Source: Mustelus asterias (Eukaryota). From it: a DNA stretch of 64,000 bases. The notes under the pieces are model-generated. The model was not told the DNA's origin. It worked only from the letters and a program-made list of their open reading frames with translations, and searched no databases. A program made the position numbers and the translations under genes. Every line of letters starts with the position of its first letter. Positions within the stretch are counted from its first letter, which is position 1. The stretch lies in contig NC_135803.1 in NCBI RefSeq assembly GCF_964213995.1, positions 3,906,001 through 3,970,000 of the forward strand. The letters are read 5' to 3'. Positions 1 through 13,000 of this stretch are shown piece after piece.

Positions 1-1010
1 CAGGAGGAATATGGAGAGACATCTTAAACCAAAGGGAAATTCTCGAAAGGAGATGCAGGAACAGATGGACCTCCTTGTACAAGTACGTTAGTCATTGAAA
101 TGATAGGACACGTCGATAGAGCAGAGGTGGTATCGTAGGCTCTATTCGTAGGGACATTGAGTACGCAAGTAAGGAGGTCATGTTGAACTTGTATAAGGCA
201 CTAGTTAGTCGTCAGCTGGAGATTGCATCACGTCCTGGGCGCTTTACTTGAGGACGGGTATGAAGACATTGGAGAGAGCACAGAAGAGTTTAACAAGAAT
301 GATTCCAGTGATAAAGAATTTTAGCTATGAGGATAGATTGGAGTGGTTGGGATTGTCTTCCTTGGAGAAACGAAAGCCGAAAGGAGACTTGGTAGGGGAA
401 TTAAAAATCTGAGGGGTATGGAGCGGGTAAGTGGAATCACGGAATCACACATAGCAGAAGAGGCCCTTTGGCCGCTCGTGTCTGCACTGACACGTGAGAA
501 ACACCTGACCGACCTACCAAATCCCATCTGTCACCACCTGACCCATATGAATGTTATGATGTGCCAAGTGCTGATCCAGGTGCTTTTTAAAGTATATGAG
601 GCAACTCACTTCTACCACCCTCCCAGGCAGCGCATTCCAGAGCGTCACCACCCTCTGGGTTTAAAAGGATTTTCCTCACATTCCCCCTAAACCTCCTACC
701 CTTCAGCTTGAGCTTGTGTCACCTCGTGACTGACCCTTGAACTAAGGGGGCCAGCTGTCCCTTATGCCCCCTGTCCATTCGTCTCATAATCGTATACACA
801 GCTAAACCTTTGACAGAGTTCCACGTGGGAGATATAAATAAGTCAAATGTACATGAGGTACAGGATAACTTGATAAAGTGGATTCAAAATTGGCTTAGTT
901 GTAGGAGACAAAGTTTGATGACAGATGACTGCTTTCGTCACTGGAAGCCAGTATCCAGTGGGTTTACCACAGGGGTATGTGCTGGGTCCCCTCTTATTCG
1001 TCATTTATAT
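1..1010. mobile_element. Mosaic of old CR1 fragments (+ 1-435, - 440-810, + 810-1010)
   Basis: Degenerate RT/3' sequences (tataaggcactagttag, ggattcaaaattggcttag, tggaagccagtatccagtgg). Confidence 0.7.
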
Positions 1011-2391
1011 ACTATTCTCAGGGTACCTAGGAATGGCCAACGAAGAATGTCTTGTCTGTTAACCAAAAACAATTTAACAAATCTGTCTAGGAAGCTTTGA
1101 TAAATCAATGTCCACGTGGAAACTATTCTAACAAATATGATATTTGCAGATAGTTATCACCTGTATATCAATTTATAATTTGTTTAGTTCTTCGAAAGGA
1201 AGAGCGCCAGGTGAAGGTAGCATAATAATGAATAGTATGGACAAAGTAAACGCAAAATTCAATTTCAGGTGCACCGGAATATAGAGATAGACGAGATCAG
1301 TGGAATTTATTGAAATACTAACGAGAAACGTGAAGACTTATCAAGCAAACAATGAGGAATATGTAGGTTAATTGCAAATGAAATAAGAGAACCCATAGCA
1401 TCAGAATCATGCAGAATCCACAGTGGAAGATTTAATGCGCCAGATGATTGTAATGCAATGGCCTTTGCTGAACTCACCATTTTCCTACGTTCTGGTAATT
1501 AATGTTATGTTGATGAACATTGGAAATTTGACAAAACATTTGATTAATCATCGGGTCTGCAACATTTATGGTCACAGTTCAATAAAATCTTTCACACTCG
1601 GCACGCCACTTCTTAACCCTGTCGATCTGATGAAATATTTTACTGTTAGCCTCTGAGGTGTTAAGGTACTGTCTCTGTCTGGTCTGTGTTTTATTGAAAG
1701 AGTTTCAAGGGATATTCGTCCCTTGAAATATATTAAATATGTCCCGCAATTCATTCTATTCCTTTCTGGAGTAATTGGATATTTGGATTCGTAATTAGCT
1801 GTAGTTTTTCCTTTATTCTTTGATGGAATCGCTGGCAAAGCCAATATTTGCTGGCCATCCCTAATTGCCCTTAAACTGAATGGCTTACAAAGCCTTATCA
1901 GAGGATGGTTAAGAGTTAAACCACATCGCTTTGCGTCTCAATGTAGGACGGACCAGACAAGGTGGTCAGATTTCCTTCCTTTTAACCAGACTTTTAAGAG
2001 AAATCAACAATGGTTTCGTTGTTATCTTTACGGAATGAAAATTAATAATTCCGGAAATATTAACTAAATTTGAATCCCACCAGCTGTCGTGGTGGTTTTA
2101 AATGTATTGTCGTCTAGTTGCATTAACATTGCAGCAGCGTGTACCCCTGAGCAATGAATGTAGTTACAAAGACAATTTGTGTTTTCATTATATTTCGAAT
2201 TTTGAATTATAAACAAGTTACAGCAGTAGTAAGAAGAGACCACACCCTCAGGTAGCAAAGGTACATTTATCAATAAAATCAACGGTTGTGATTTCGCATG
2301 ACGTTAATATTTGTTAAGACTTCCCAACATCGACTTTAATACTTTGCAAATATTGTGGTTTGAGGATAAAATATCGTCTCTGTCTCCGCAG

Positions 2392-3577
2392 GTCCCTGTC
2401 TCAGTATGTAGTGATAGTTGTGTTCCAGGAACAAGAAGAGCTGTTCGTAAGGGACAGCCTGTTTGCTGCTATGACTGTTTACCGTGCGCTGATGGGGAGA
2501 TCAGTAACCAGACAGGTAGGCAAGAATGAGAACATCCTTAATATTCCAGCAGGAAACAAGAACGTGGGAATTACATGTACCAAGGCATTGTTTGGATTTG
2601 TCATCAGAGCAGCTTTCATTAATTCCAAAAAGTTCATTTGAACTATTATTTGTACATATCTGTCCACAGATTCTATCGAATGTATCAACTGCCCAGCAGA
2701 TTACTGGTCCAACGTTCCAAGAAATCAATGCATTCCGAAAGAGATTGAGTTCCTCTCGTTTCACGACAGTATGGGAATAATACTCGCAGCGATTTCCTTG
2801 TTTGGAGCTTGTATCACAGGAGCTGTTGCAGCAATTTTCTTATATTTCATAAACACTCCCATTGTAAGGGCCAACAATTCTGAATTGAGTTTCCTTCTAT
2901 TAATCTCATTAATACTCTGCTTTCTCTGCTCCATTGCATTCATTGGACAGCCAGCACCATGGTCATGTATGGTGCGTCACACTGTGTTTGGAGTTAGCTT
3001 TGTTCTGTGTATTTCCTGTATTCTCAGTAAAACTCTGGTGGTCCTGATGGCATTTAAAGCAACCCTACCATCCAGTAATGTGATGAAATGGTTTGGCCCC
3101 AAACAACAAAGATCAATTGTCTTTCTCTGCACATTGATTCAAATTATAATATGTGTGATCTGGTTGGTGACATCTCCCCCAGTCCCAATTAAAAACACAG
3201 AGTATCAGAGTGCTAAAATTATCCTTAAGTGTGACGTGGGTTCCACAGTTTCATTCTGGAGTGTTATAGGTTACATCGGGCTGTTAGCTTGCATGTGTTT
3301 GATTTTAGCATTCCTGGCCCGAGCTTTACCCGACAAGTTCAATGAAGCTAAATTCATTACCTTTAGCATGCTCATCTTTTTTGCCGTTTGGATAACTTTT
3401 ATTCCAACCTATGTGAGCAATCCGGGGAAATATGCGGTCGTTGTGGAAATATTTGCAATTTTAGCATCAAGCTACGGATTGCTGATCTGTATCTTTGCTC
3501 CAAAATGTTACATTATCTTGTTAAAATCAGAAGAGAACACCAAAAAGCACCTGATGGCTAAAAATGTGCAACCTTAG
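2392..3577 (+). CDS. V2R/OlfC-family class C GPCR, gene A (3' part only: exons 5-6)
   Basis: Exon 5 2392-2515 (124 bp, cag|GTCCCT...ACAG|gtagg; [10 protein letters not shown]...CCYDCLPC cysteine-rich domain). Exon 6 2670-3577 (cag|ATTCT; 7TM with [36 protein letters not shown]). Exons 1-4 lie upstream of the window. Confidence 0.93.
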
Positions 3578-3847
3578 CTAATTACCCGAGTTTTGTAAAT
3601 TCAGAAGTCTGCACGATGATGAAGAATTGGGCATGTTGAATGAATAATACAGTTTTACACTTAACACAAAAGTTTTGACATCTAATATTCCTGGCACTGT
3701 TTTCTGATAAGATTGCCCCGAATTAAGATACCTTTCATCGGTGGATTAAGTAATGAAATGTTCTTCATTCTGTATAAACTAGAAACACATATCGTAAGAT
3801 TTTGAGTGTTCGCTGATAAGGCTTATGTCTGTATTTTGATTACTATT

Positions 3848-3853
3848 AATAAA
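3848..3853 (+). promoter_or_regulatory. Candidate poly(A) signal of gene A
   Basis: AATAAA about 270 nt after the stop, in the same context (gattactattAATAAAtgcaac) as in gene B. Confidence 0.5.
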
Positions 3854-4786
3854 TGCAACTATAAAATCGTAAAAGGATTCAAATGACCAAAGATGGTTTC
3901 TATATAACACCAATGTATTGGGAAGAAATGCCTGAAGTTCATCATCCCGCATTCATGACTTCCAATTGTTTCAGGCACGTTTCTCTCCCGAGCACACCAG
4001 CGATTTGTTACATTTTCCGCAGCTCTTGAGAGTGTTGGTCAGTCCTTGTGATTATGCACTTATTTGGCTGTTTTTGTTAAAGAAGATTCTCTGACCGAAA
4101 TTACTGGGGAACGGGTACATTTCGGTGCTGAAGAATATGTTTCCTGGTGCTCTATAGTGCATTTTCAGCACTTGGGTCTTTACTAAGGAAGGGTTATTCA
4201 GTTGGAAACAATTTGAAGCGTTTCTTATGGAAGTTTTACATCTTGTCAGACTTCATTTACCTCGTTTAACATGCCAGGAATAGCTTGCAACAACTATTTT
4301 ACTCTTTATTGTTCCTATTTTTAGGTCGCTGCTGACAATCCGAATGCGAGCGTACTGCTTTAACTTCACATTGACCTCAATCCTTTCTACTCCTTTGATT
4401 TCAAGTGAAATATCAATTATGTTTTCCAAGACATCTGATGAAACACAATTTTTGTTGTTACACCCATGAAGTCGCCTGCTCCGATGGATTGCATTCCAGG
4501 TTGAGAAATAAAGTAGTGGAAGGACTTTCATTAATATTTTCTTTAGGTGTTGGGGAGGTGCCAGAGCACTGGTCAGAGGAAAATGTGACATCTTAATTGA
4601 AGAAAGGGTGTAAGGACAGTCCCAGCAACGACAGGCCAATTAGTTTAATATTAGTGGTGGATAAGTTATAGGAATCCATAATCGTGGAAGAAAATTGACA
4701 GGCACTTGGAGAGGTTTGAACTAATGAAGCAGAGCCAACACAGATTGTGAAATGCACAACATGTTTGACTAATTTAATGGGTTTTA

Positions 4787-5048
4787 AAGTTAATTTATTA
4801 GTCACAAGTAAGGCTTACATTAACACTGCAATGAAGTTACTGTGAACTTCCCCTCGTCGCCACACTCCCGCACCTGTTCGGTTCAATGCATTTAACCAGC
4901 ACGTCTTTCAGACTGTGGGAAGAAGCCGGAGCACCCGGAGGAAACCCACACAGACACGTGGAGAACGTGCAAATTTCACACAGACAGTGACCCAAGCCAG
5001 AAATCGAACCTGGGTCTCTGGCGCTGTGCGGCAGCAGTGCTAGCCATT
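4787..5048 (-). mobile_element. V-SINE variant with a different 3' tail
   Basis: Tail tttattagtcacaagtaaggcttacattaacactgcaatgaagttactgtgaa; further copies at about 19318-19550(-), 26090-26365(-), 32910-33170(+), 33175-33455(-), 40250-40470(-), 44070-44350(+). Confidence 0.75.
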
Positions 5049-5393
5049 GGGCGGCACGGTAGCACAGTGGTTAGCACTGCTGCTTCAAAGCTCCAGGGAC
5101 CTGGGTTCGATTCCCGGCTTGGGTCACTGTCTGTGTGGAGTTTGCACATTCTCCTCGTGTCTGCGTGGGTTTCCTCCGGGTGCTCCGGTTTCCTCCCACA
5201 GTCCAAAGATGTGCGGGTTAGGTTGATTGGCCATGCTAAAATTGCCCCTTAGTGTCCTGGGATGCGTAGATTAGAGGGATTAGCGGGTAAAATATGTAGG
5301 GATATGGGGGTAAGGCCTGTGTGGAATTGTGGTCGGGGCAGACTCGATGGGCCGAATGGCCTCCTTCTGCACTGTAGGGTTCCTATGATTTCT
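5049..5393 (+). mobile_element. HE1-type V-SINE, full length
   Basis: tRNA-like head (ggtagcacagtggttagc, gggttcgattccc), V-domain tgtgtggagtttgcacattctcc, CR1-like tail gggccgaatggcct. Confidence 0.85.
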
Positions 5394-6797
5394 GTGCCGC
5401 CCATAGAGAGAGATTTTGTTGTGAAACAACACAGATAGTTGATGAAGTCAATACAGTGGATGTTGTCTATATGGATATTAAGAAAATGTTTGCCAATGCA
5501 TCGCATCAAATGTTGTTTAACAAAATTAAGCTTGTGGAATAGGATGGTTGGAGTGCAATAGGATGGTTGGAGTTAAATTGGATAAAAAAACACTTAAATG
5601 AGAGAAAGCAGAGAATGGTGGTGCATGGTCGTCTTTTGGATTCGGTGGCGTTCCCTAAGGGTCACTGCCAGGACCAATGATATTTTTGCTATCTATTTTT
5701 AAATCTATTAATGGGACGTGGGTGTCGCTGCGTCGGCCAACATTCATTGCTTATCCCTAATTACCAGCCGCACCCGCATTCCATTAAAGCGCAAGAAGAC
5801 TCGAAAGAATTCGTGTTCGTCATGAAGGTGTAGTAGGTTTATGGTAGCTTATATCAGCAGCTGTTGTAAGGTTTTGGGGACAGGATTATCGTACTTCCTG
5901 TTTGAAGGGACTTGATTGTTGTTTTCGACAGGAGTGAAAATATCTGTAATGTGATCACATCGTTTGCCCTGGCCTACATTTCTCCATAAAAGACAAAGAA
6001 ACCTCATGAATTTGTAAAGAAGTAGAAAATGCTGGAAATATTCATAAAGATTGGCAGCAGTTGTAGTGAGAGAGAGAGAGAGAAAACAAAACCAATTTAT
6101 TTCGATGACTTTTTTACTCCGTTTTTTCACCTACAAGAAATACTAAGCAATGAGAGCAAGCTCCTCCTCAGTGCGGTTCATTGACAACATCTGTTATCAC
6201 ACTCAGAATGTGAGCCAGCTCATTTCACAGCAGGAGAACAATATGGATGAGTTTTTGTTAATGGATGAGCCGCTGCTGATTTAGTTTCACCTCTGTGCGA
6301 CTCCTGGAATTTCAAATTCGCATGAAATTATGGAATGTTAACCTTTAAATGAATCTTCATCCTGATACTAAATGTCTCTTTTCAGTGCCTGTGTAATGGT
6401 TTGAAATGTTGAATATGGGGCTACTTCCCCGCAGATCGACACCGAACACTTTCTCAATAGATGCACTGACAATAGCAGTCCGACACCTTGCCGGTACTGA
6501 GCATGTACTGAACATGGAACTGACTATCTTCCAAATGTGGTAACGGGTCTTCGGCGTGCACATTTGATCTAACTAAAATGTTAGGGATACAATAGCCCCG
6601 AGCGTTGGAAAATATGACATGAGCCTTCCCTATATGACAGCGAATGAGCGTCAGTGAGATTTGTGTTTGAAAACACTTGGGACTGGTGTGTGAGGTTAAA
6701 TATTCCCGATGTAGGGGGTTGCTTGCAGCAGAGTGCTGTCACTCCGATCCGAAACATCCTTCCCAGTGACTCCTGAAAAACTGTTTCGATTTTCCTG

Positions 6798-7012
6798 ATG
6801 CCATTTTATTCCATTTGGAGCGTTTTATTACTGATGCCGATCCAGATTCTAGGATCCGGCCTTGATCAGACATGCCAACTTCGCGAAAGGTTCAACCCTG
6901 GAATGTTTCAGGATGGAGATGTCATCCTGGGCGGTTTATTCCCGATCCATTTAAGAACCGCTCCGGATTATAACTCATTCCAAACAAAACCTCAACCGGT
7001 GCGCTGTGTGGA
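6798..7012 (+). CDS. Gene B exon 1 (signal peptide, start of Venus flytrap domain)
   Basis: [12 protein letters not shown]...[13 protein letters not shown]...RCV; donor GA|gtgagt, phase 2. Confidence 0.9.
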
Positions 7013-10000
7013 GTGAGTGAGAGTTATCATTGGTCATTCTGTTTGACAATTCTCCAGTCTGGAATGGAATCTTCCCTAAGCGTTGCTTAATGTTTAGATC
7101 ACTGTGTCTCTTTTGGGTAGTTATTATCCTTCCATGTTTTCACATTCTTGGCTTTCCTTCTCCCGTTTTCCCTTGGTTCATTTAGTTGTCGAATTCTTAT
7201 ATGTTGAGTAATTCGGTGAGACGAGAGAAACTCGGTTGTTCTCCTTCGGGTAGAGGTGCTTAATTTTGTCAGGGTTTTTGATGTGCTAAGTAAGTCAACA
7301 GATATTTAAAAAAACGTAATGTTCTGGAAATACTGGCAGCATCTGTGGAGGGAGAAGCGATGTTAATATTGTGAGTCGAATATGACTCTTATTCAGAACC
7401 AATCAATCTATCTGTTGTGGGGGAGACAGAGGATCCTCGCAGGGTCCAGTGTGGTCGCCTCTTTTGCCGTTGGTACAATTAGATGTGTCAATTGTTTTGC
7501 ATTCCTCGCTTTCTTGTGACGCGGTTGAGGGTAGTTGAGTGCAGTTGCAGTAATCCGTTTAAAAGTGCAGGTGAATCAGTGAGCAAAATGCACAGTTTAA
7601 CCTAACTGGCAAATTAACCAGAAGCGAGATGAGAGTTACCAGTGCTTTATAAAGCACTGGTTAGGCCCCATTTGGAGTACTGTGAGCAATTTTGGGCCCC
7701 ACACCTCAGGAAGGACATACTGGCACTGGAGCGGGTCCAGCGGAGATTCACACGGATGATCCCAGGAATGGTAGGCCTGACATACGATGAACGTCTGAGG
7801 ATCGTGGGATTATATTCATTGGAGTTTAGGAGGTTGAGGGGAGATCTGATAGAAACTTACAAGATAATGAACGGCTTAGATAGGATGGACGTAGGGAAGT
7901 TGTTTCCATTAACAGGGGAGACTAGGACGCGGGGGCACAGCCTTAGAATAAAAGGGAGTCACTTTAGAACAGAGATTAGGAGAAATTTCTTCAGCCAGAG
8001 AGTGGTGGGTCTGTGGAATTCATTGCCACAGAGGGCTGTGGAGGCCGAGACGTTGAGCGTCTTCAAGACAGAAATTGATAAATTCTTGATTTCTCGAGGA
8101 ATTAAGGGCTATGGGGAGAGAGCGGGTAAATGGAGTTGAAATCAACCATGATTGAATGGTGGAGTGGACTCGATGGGCCGAATGGCCTTACTTCCGCTCC
8201 TATGTCTTATGGTCTTATGGTCTTATTTTCCATTGTACCTTTTTCTGATCTGGAATTCATTGCATGAAAGGATGGAGGAAACGGATTTCATTGTAATTTT
8301 CTGGAATGAATTGAATATTCAGTTGAACCGGAGATATTTCCACGTGGAGTGCGATTATTGAGATTGCAGTGACACAATGGGCTGAATAACTTAAATTGCT
8401 GTTAAATCTCGCGATTGTATGTGCAATTATGGACAACGGATCTGGAGACCAACAGATCAGGTTTAGTCTATCTTGGAATACACTTGGAATACTGCGTACA
8501 GTTCTGGTCACCCTATTATAGAAAGGATATTATTAGACCAGGAAGAGTGCAGGACAGATTTACTAGCATGTTTATGGGACTTGATGGTTTGAGTTATAAG
8601 GAGAGACTGAATAGACTGGGACTTTTTTCCCTGGAGCGTAGAAGGCTTAGGGGTGATCTTTTAGAGGTCTATAAATTAATGAGGAGCATAGATCAGCGAG
8701 ATAGTCAATATCTTTTCCCCAAGGTAGCGAAGTCTAAAACTAGAGGGCATAGGTTTAAGGTGAGAGATGCAAAAGGATCCAGAGGGGCAATGTTTTTAGG
8801 CAGAGGGTGGTGAGTGTCTGGAATGAGCTGGAAGAGGTAGTAGCAGAGGCAGGTACAATTTTGTCTTTTGAAAAGCGTTTAGACAGTTACATGGGTAAGA
8901 TGGGTAGAGAGGGAGATGGGCCAGACGCGGGCAATTGGGACTAGCTTAGTGGTTAAGAAAAAGAGTCGGCATGGACAAATTGGGCCGAATGGCCTGTTTC
9001 CATGCTGCAAAACTTTATGACTCTATCCGTGACCTTCTATTCTCCCCCCCCCCCCTCCCAATTCCCTTGTGCAACTATATAATTCATCACATTCCTGCTC
9101 CTGTTCAATTCGTAGAAGAGCCAAACAGGCTCATAATTTTGACCTTGTTTCTCTCTCCACGGGTGCTGCCGGAGCGGCTCAGTTTATCCAGCATTTTCTG
9201 TTTTGAGTTTAGCTGAGGCGATGCCGCTTAGCTCCAGCTGCTACAGAAGTAGTGCAGCAGAGAGGGACTCTTGGTTATGAAATATAAGGTTGGAGCAGAG
9301 GGCCGCAAGCACTTCTTTGTACAGAGCGGTTCAGGTGAGGGCGGCACGGTAGCACAGAGGTTAGCACTGCTGCTTCACAGCTCCAGGGTCCCGCGTTCGA
9401 TTCCCGGCTCGGGTCACTGTCTGTGTGGAGTTTGCACATTCTCCTCGTGTCGGCGTGGGTTTCCTCCGGGTGCTCCGGTTTCCTCCCACAGTCCAAAGAT
9501 GTGCGGGTTAGGTTGATTGGCCAGGTTAAAAATTGTTTCTTAGAGTCCTGGGATGCGTAGGTTAGAGGGATTAGCGGGTAATAATATGTGGGGGTGGGGC
9601 CTGGGTGGGATTGTGGTCGGTGCAGACTCGATGGGCCGAATGGCCTCCTTCTGCACTGTAGGGTTTCTATGTTTCTAGAAGCTGGGTTTATCTAATGAGT
9701 GGTTGGGATAAAACAAAGGAGTCTGCCGGGTGGTACAAAAAATGCTACGCATGGATTTCCAACATTTGTTTGCTTTTATTGCAGCCTGTTGTTGTTCAGT
9801 TAGCTGAAGGTCGAAAAAGGAGTCACAATTTCGGGAATAAACCTAATACATTTTCTGAAAAAATGATGTTTCATTGTAGGAAATTGGCAGGTTCAAAGTA
9901 ATTAAATTATTAGTTCTGACGAAGGGTCATAGAATCCCTGCAGTGAATAAGGAGGCCATTCGGCCGATCGAGTCAGTACCGACCACAATCCCACCCAGGC

Positions 10001-13000
10001 TATTTCCCTATAACCCCATACATCCACTCTACTGGTTCCCCTGACGCTAAGTGGCAATTTAGCACGGCCACTCAACCTAACCCGCACATGGTTGGACTGT
10101 GGGAGGAAACCGGAACCGAAACCCATGTAGACACGAGGAGAATGTACAAACTCCGCACAGACAGCGACTCAAGCTGGGAATTGAACCCGGATCCCTGGCG
10201 CTGTGAGGCAGCAGCGCTAACCACTGTGCCACCATGCCGTCCCCAACGTTTCCAGTCATCTAGACTCGAAACATTGGCTCTATTCTCTCCCCACAGATGC
10301 TGTCAGACTTACTGAGATTTTCCAGCATTTTCTGTTTTTGAACAAAATTATTGTCGTGGACTGTCACGAACAGTCTGGATATAAACTTAGCAATAAGAAA
10401 ACAGATACAATCACATTAACAATACAATTACCCGGCATCTGCCACTTTCCAAGAATGCGAACTCCTTTTTCAGAAATTTCCGCCCGTAATTGTGAGTTTT
10501 TTTCTGGACTTCCCATAGCCGAACTGTAAAGAGTAATAAAACAAACAAAGAAAAAAGAAATGCAGAAAATGCTCAGTTTGTTTGGCAGCAACTGTGGAGA
10601 AAGAAACTGCGTTATCATTCTGGGTCTCAAAGCCTTCGTCTACATTTCGTTAGAATAAACGGTAATTCGGTGCTGAACCGAATACAATGCTTTATGTTAG
10701 GAGCCAACAAAAGGTTGCGTGACACCTTCTTCTCATAGAATAGATGCCCAGGGCAGTCTTTTCCTGTCATAACCCGAATTGACCATGACAAAGTGGCCAT
10801 TTGGAACAGGGTTATAACGTAGACAGAACCAGCCCGTGTCGATGCGGGAAATGTTTTTAATGAGATTTAGCCGCCAGGTTCCCATATCGCCTCGAATCAT
10901 TTTCGTTCATCCACCTAACCTTGGAAGTGAAAGCCGCAGCGTCATAGTTCTCTGCCTGGCCATAGGCTTCTTCCCTCCTGACCAAATTTATTGCTCTAAA
11001 TCTTGCATCTGTGGGCTGTTATTCGGGGCCTCTGAATTACGGGGAACGGATTGACTCTATCTACCCTGTTCCATGTACCCTCACTTGAAAGATCTCTATG
11101 ATGTAATCTGCACGAGAAAAATGTATGGTGTTTTTTCTCAACTTTGCAAAGAACAATGATACACACGGAATGATATTGTCTTGAAATAAGTGTAACTCTA
11201 TAAATGTGTGGCAGGTTTAGCCAAAGTGGACTCCGCTGGGCGCTAACTATGGTGTTTGCCATTGAAGAAATAAATGGGAACGCAGATTTGCTTCCTAACA
11301 TCACTCTGGGTTACAAGATTTTCGATAGCTGTGGCGCAGCTTCTGAAGGGCTTAAAGCAGCTTTCAATTTACTAAATGGGAAAGACAGAAGTACTTCCAG
11401 TGACACGTGTGCTGGCGTTCCATCAGTGCCCATGATTGTGGGGGATGCCGGATCATCGCAATCTATCGCAGTATCGCGAGTGGTGGCTCGTTTTGCCATT
11501 GGTATGGTAAGATGTGTTAATGCATTTACACGGACGTGGGAAAGGCACGCGCCTGCAATTACGTTTACAAAATTAAAATGCTGCAAGTTCCAGAAATCAG
11601 AAATAATGTCAGAAAATGCTGGAAATACTCAGAAGGTCTAGCAACATCTATGGAGAGAGGGAAAAGTTGGAGGGTGGGGGGGGGGGGGGGGGGGGGGCGG
11701 AAAGCGGGGCGGGGGGGGGGGCGGGGAGGGGTGGGGGGGAGTGTTGGCCCGAAAGGGTAACTCTGTTTCTCTCTCCACGGTTGCTGCAAGTCCTGCTGAT
11801 TATTTCGTCATTCTTTGTATTTATATGAAAATACATTTAACTGTTTCCAGAAGCAATGGGTTTCGATACGTTCTCAGTTTTAGTGCGAAGCATTAGTAGT
11901 GAAATAGTTTTGCGGAAATTGTTGGGATTGAAGGTGGACAAATCTCCAGGTCCTGATAATCTTCATCCCAGAGTTCTTAAGGAAGTGGCTCTGGAAATAG
12001 TAGATCCATTGGTGATTATTTTCTAAAATCATTTGGACACTTGATTGGTTTTGATAGATTGGAGGGTAGCCAATGTAAGCCCGCTATTCAAAAATGGAGG
12101 TTAAGAGAAAACAGTGAGCCTAACGTCGGTCCTGGGGAAGATGCTGGACTCTCTTATCAAGGATCTCATAACTCAGCATTTGGAAGGCAGTGGTAATATC
12201 AGACAAAGTCAGTATAGATTTACAGGAGGGAAATCATGCTTGAGGAATCTATTGGAATTCTTTGAAGATGTAACTCGTAGAATTGACCGAGGAGAACCGG
12301 TGGATGTGTTTTATTTAGACTTTCAGAAGGCTGTCAACAAGGTTTTGCATAACAGACTACTGTGTAAAGTTAAAGCAGATGGGATTGCAGGTAATGTCTT
12401 GTTGTGGATAGAAAGCTGGTTCACAGATAGGAAGTAAAGAATGGGCATAAATGGGTCTTTTTCTGATTCGCAGGCAGTGACTAGTGGGGTTCTGCAGAGA
12501 TCTGTGCTCAGACCCCAACTGTTCACATTATATATCAATGATTTGGAAGAGGGAACTGAATGCAATATCTCCAAATTTTCAGATGATACAAAGTTGGGTG
12601 GGAGGGTGAGCTTTCAAGAGGATGCAGAGATGCTTCAGCGTGATTAGGACAGGTTTAGTGTTTGGGCATATGCATGACAGATGCAATGTAATGTGGATAA
12701 ATGTGAGGTTCTCCATTCTGGTAGCAATAATAGGCAGACAGATTATTGCTTGAAAGTGTGTAAATTGAGGAATGTGGGTATTCAGCGAGAACTTGGTGTC
12801 CACGTGCATCAGTCGCTGGAAGAAAGCACGCAGGTAGAGCAGGATCTGTAAAGGTGCAGTGGACGAGAGTGAGAATAATTCTATAGACGGACCTTGTGTG
12901 CTTCATGTGTGATCAATGAATATAAATGTCTCAGTTCATATATTCTCTCTCTCTCCGCTCCCTCCACCCCAAACAGGTCAGCTACTTCGCTTCATGCGCA

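Larger units (their letters stand above)
1020..5700 (+). repeat. Tandem segmental duplication unit (gene A side), paralogous to 16270-25950
   Basis: Collinear homology of intron 4, exons 5-6, 3' UTR and downstream flank once TE insertions are removed. Confidence 0.85.

Noticed and set aside
4253-4639. Minus-strand ORF echoed at 25086-25301
   Set aside because: Similarity is explained by the segmental duplication; stops differ between copies and no domain is recognisable.
5049-5125. SINE heads as tRNA genes
   Set aside because: They run directly into the V-domain and lack a complete cloverleaf.
4976-5252. Recurrent short ORFs such as [17 protein letters not shown] and [19 protein letters not shown]
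   Set aside because: Translations of V-SINE copies, not genes.
6768-6780. Shared ACTCCTGAAA upstream of the gene B and D start codons as a cluster regulatory motif
   Set aside because: Too short; could be residual paralogous homology or chance.
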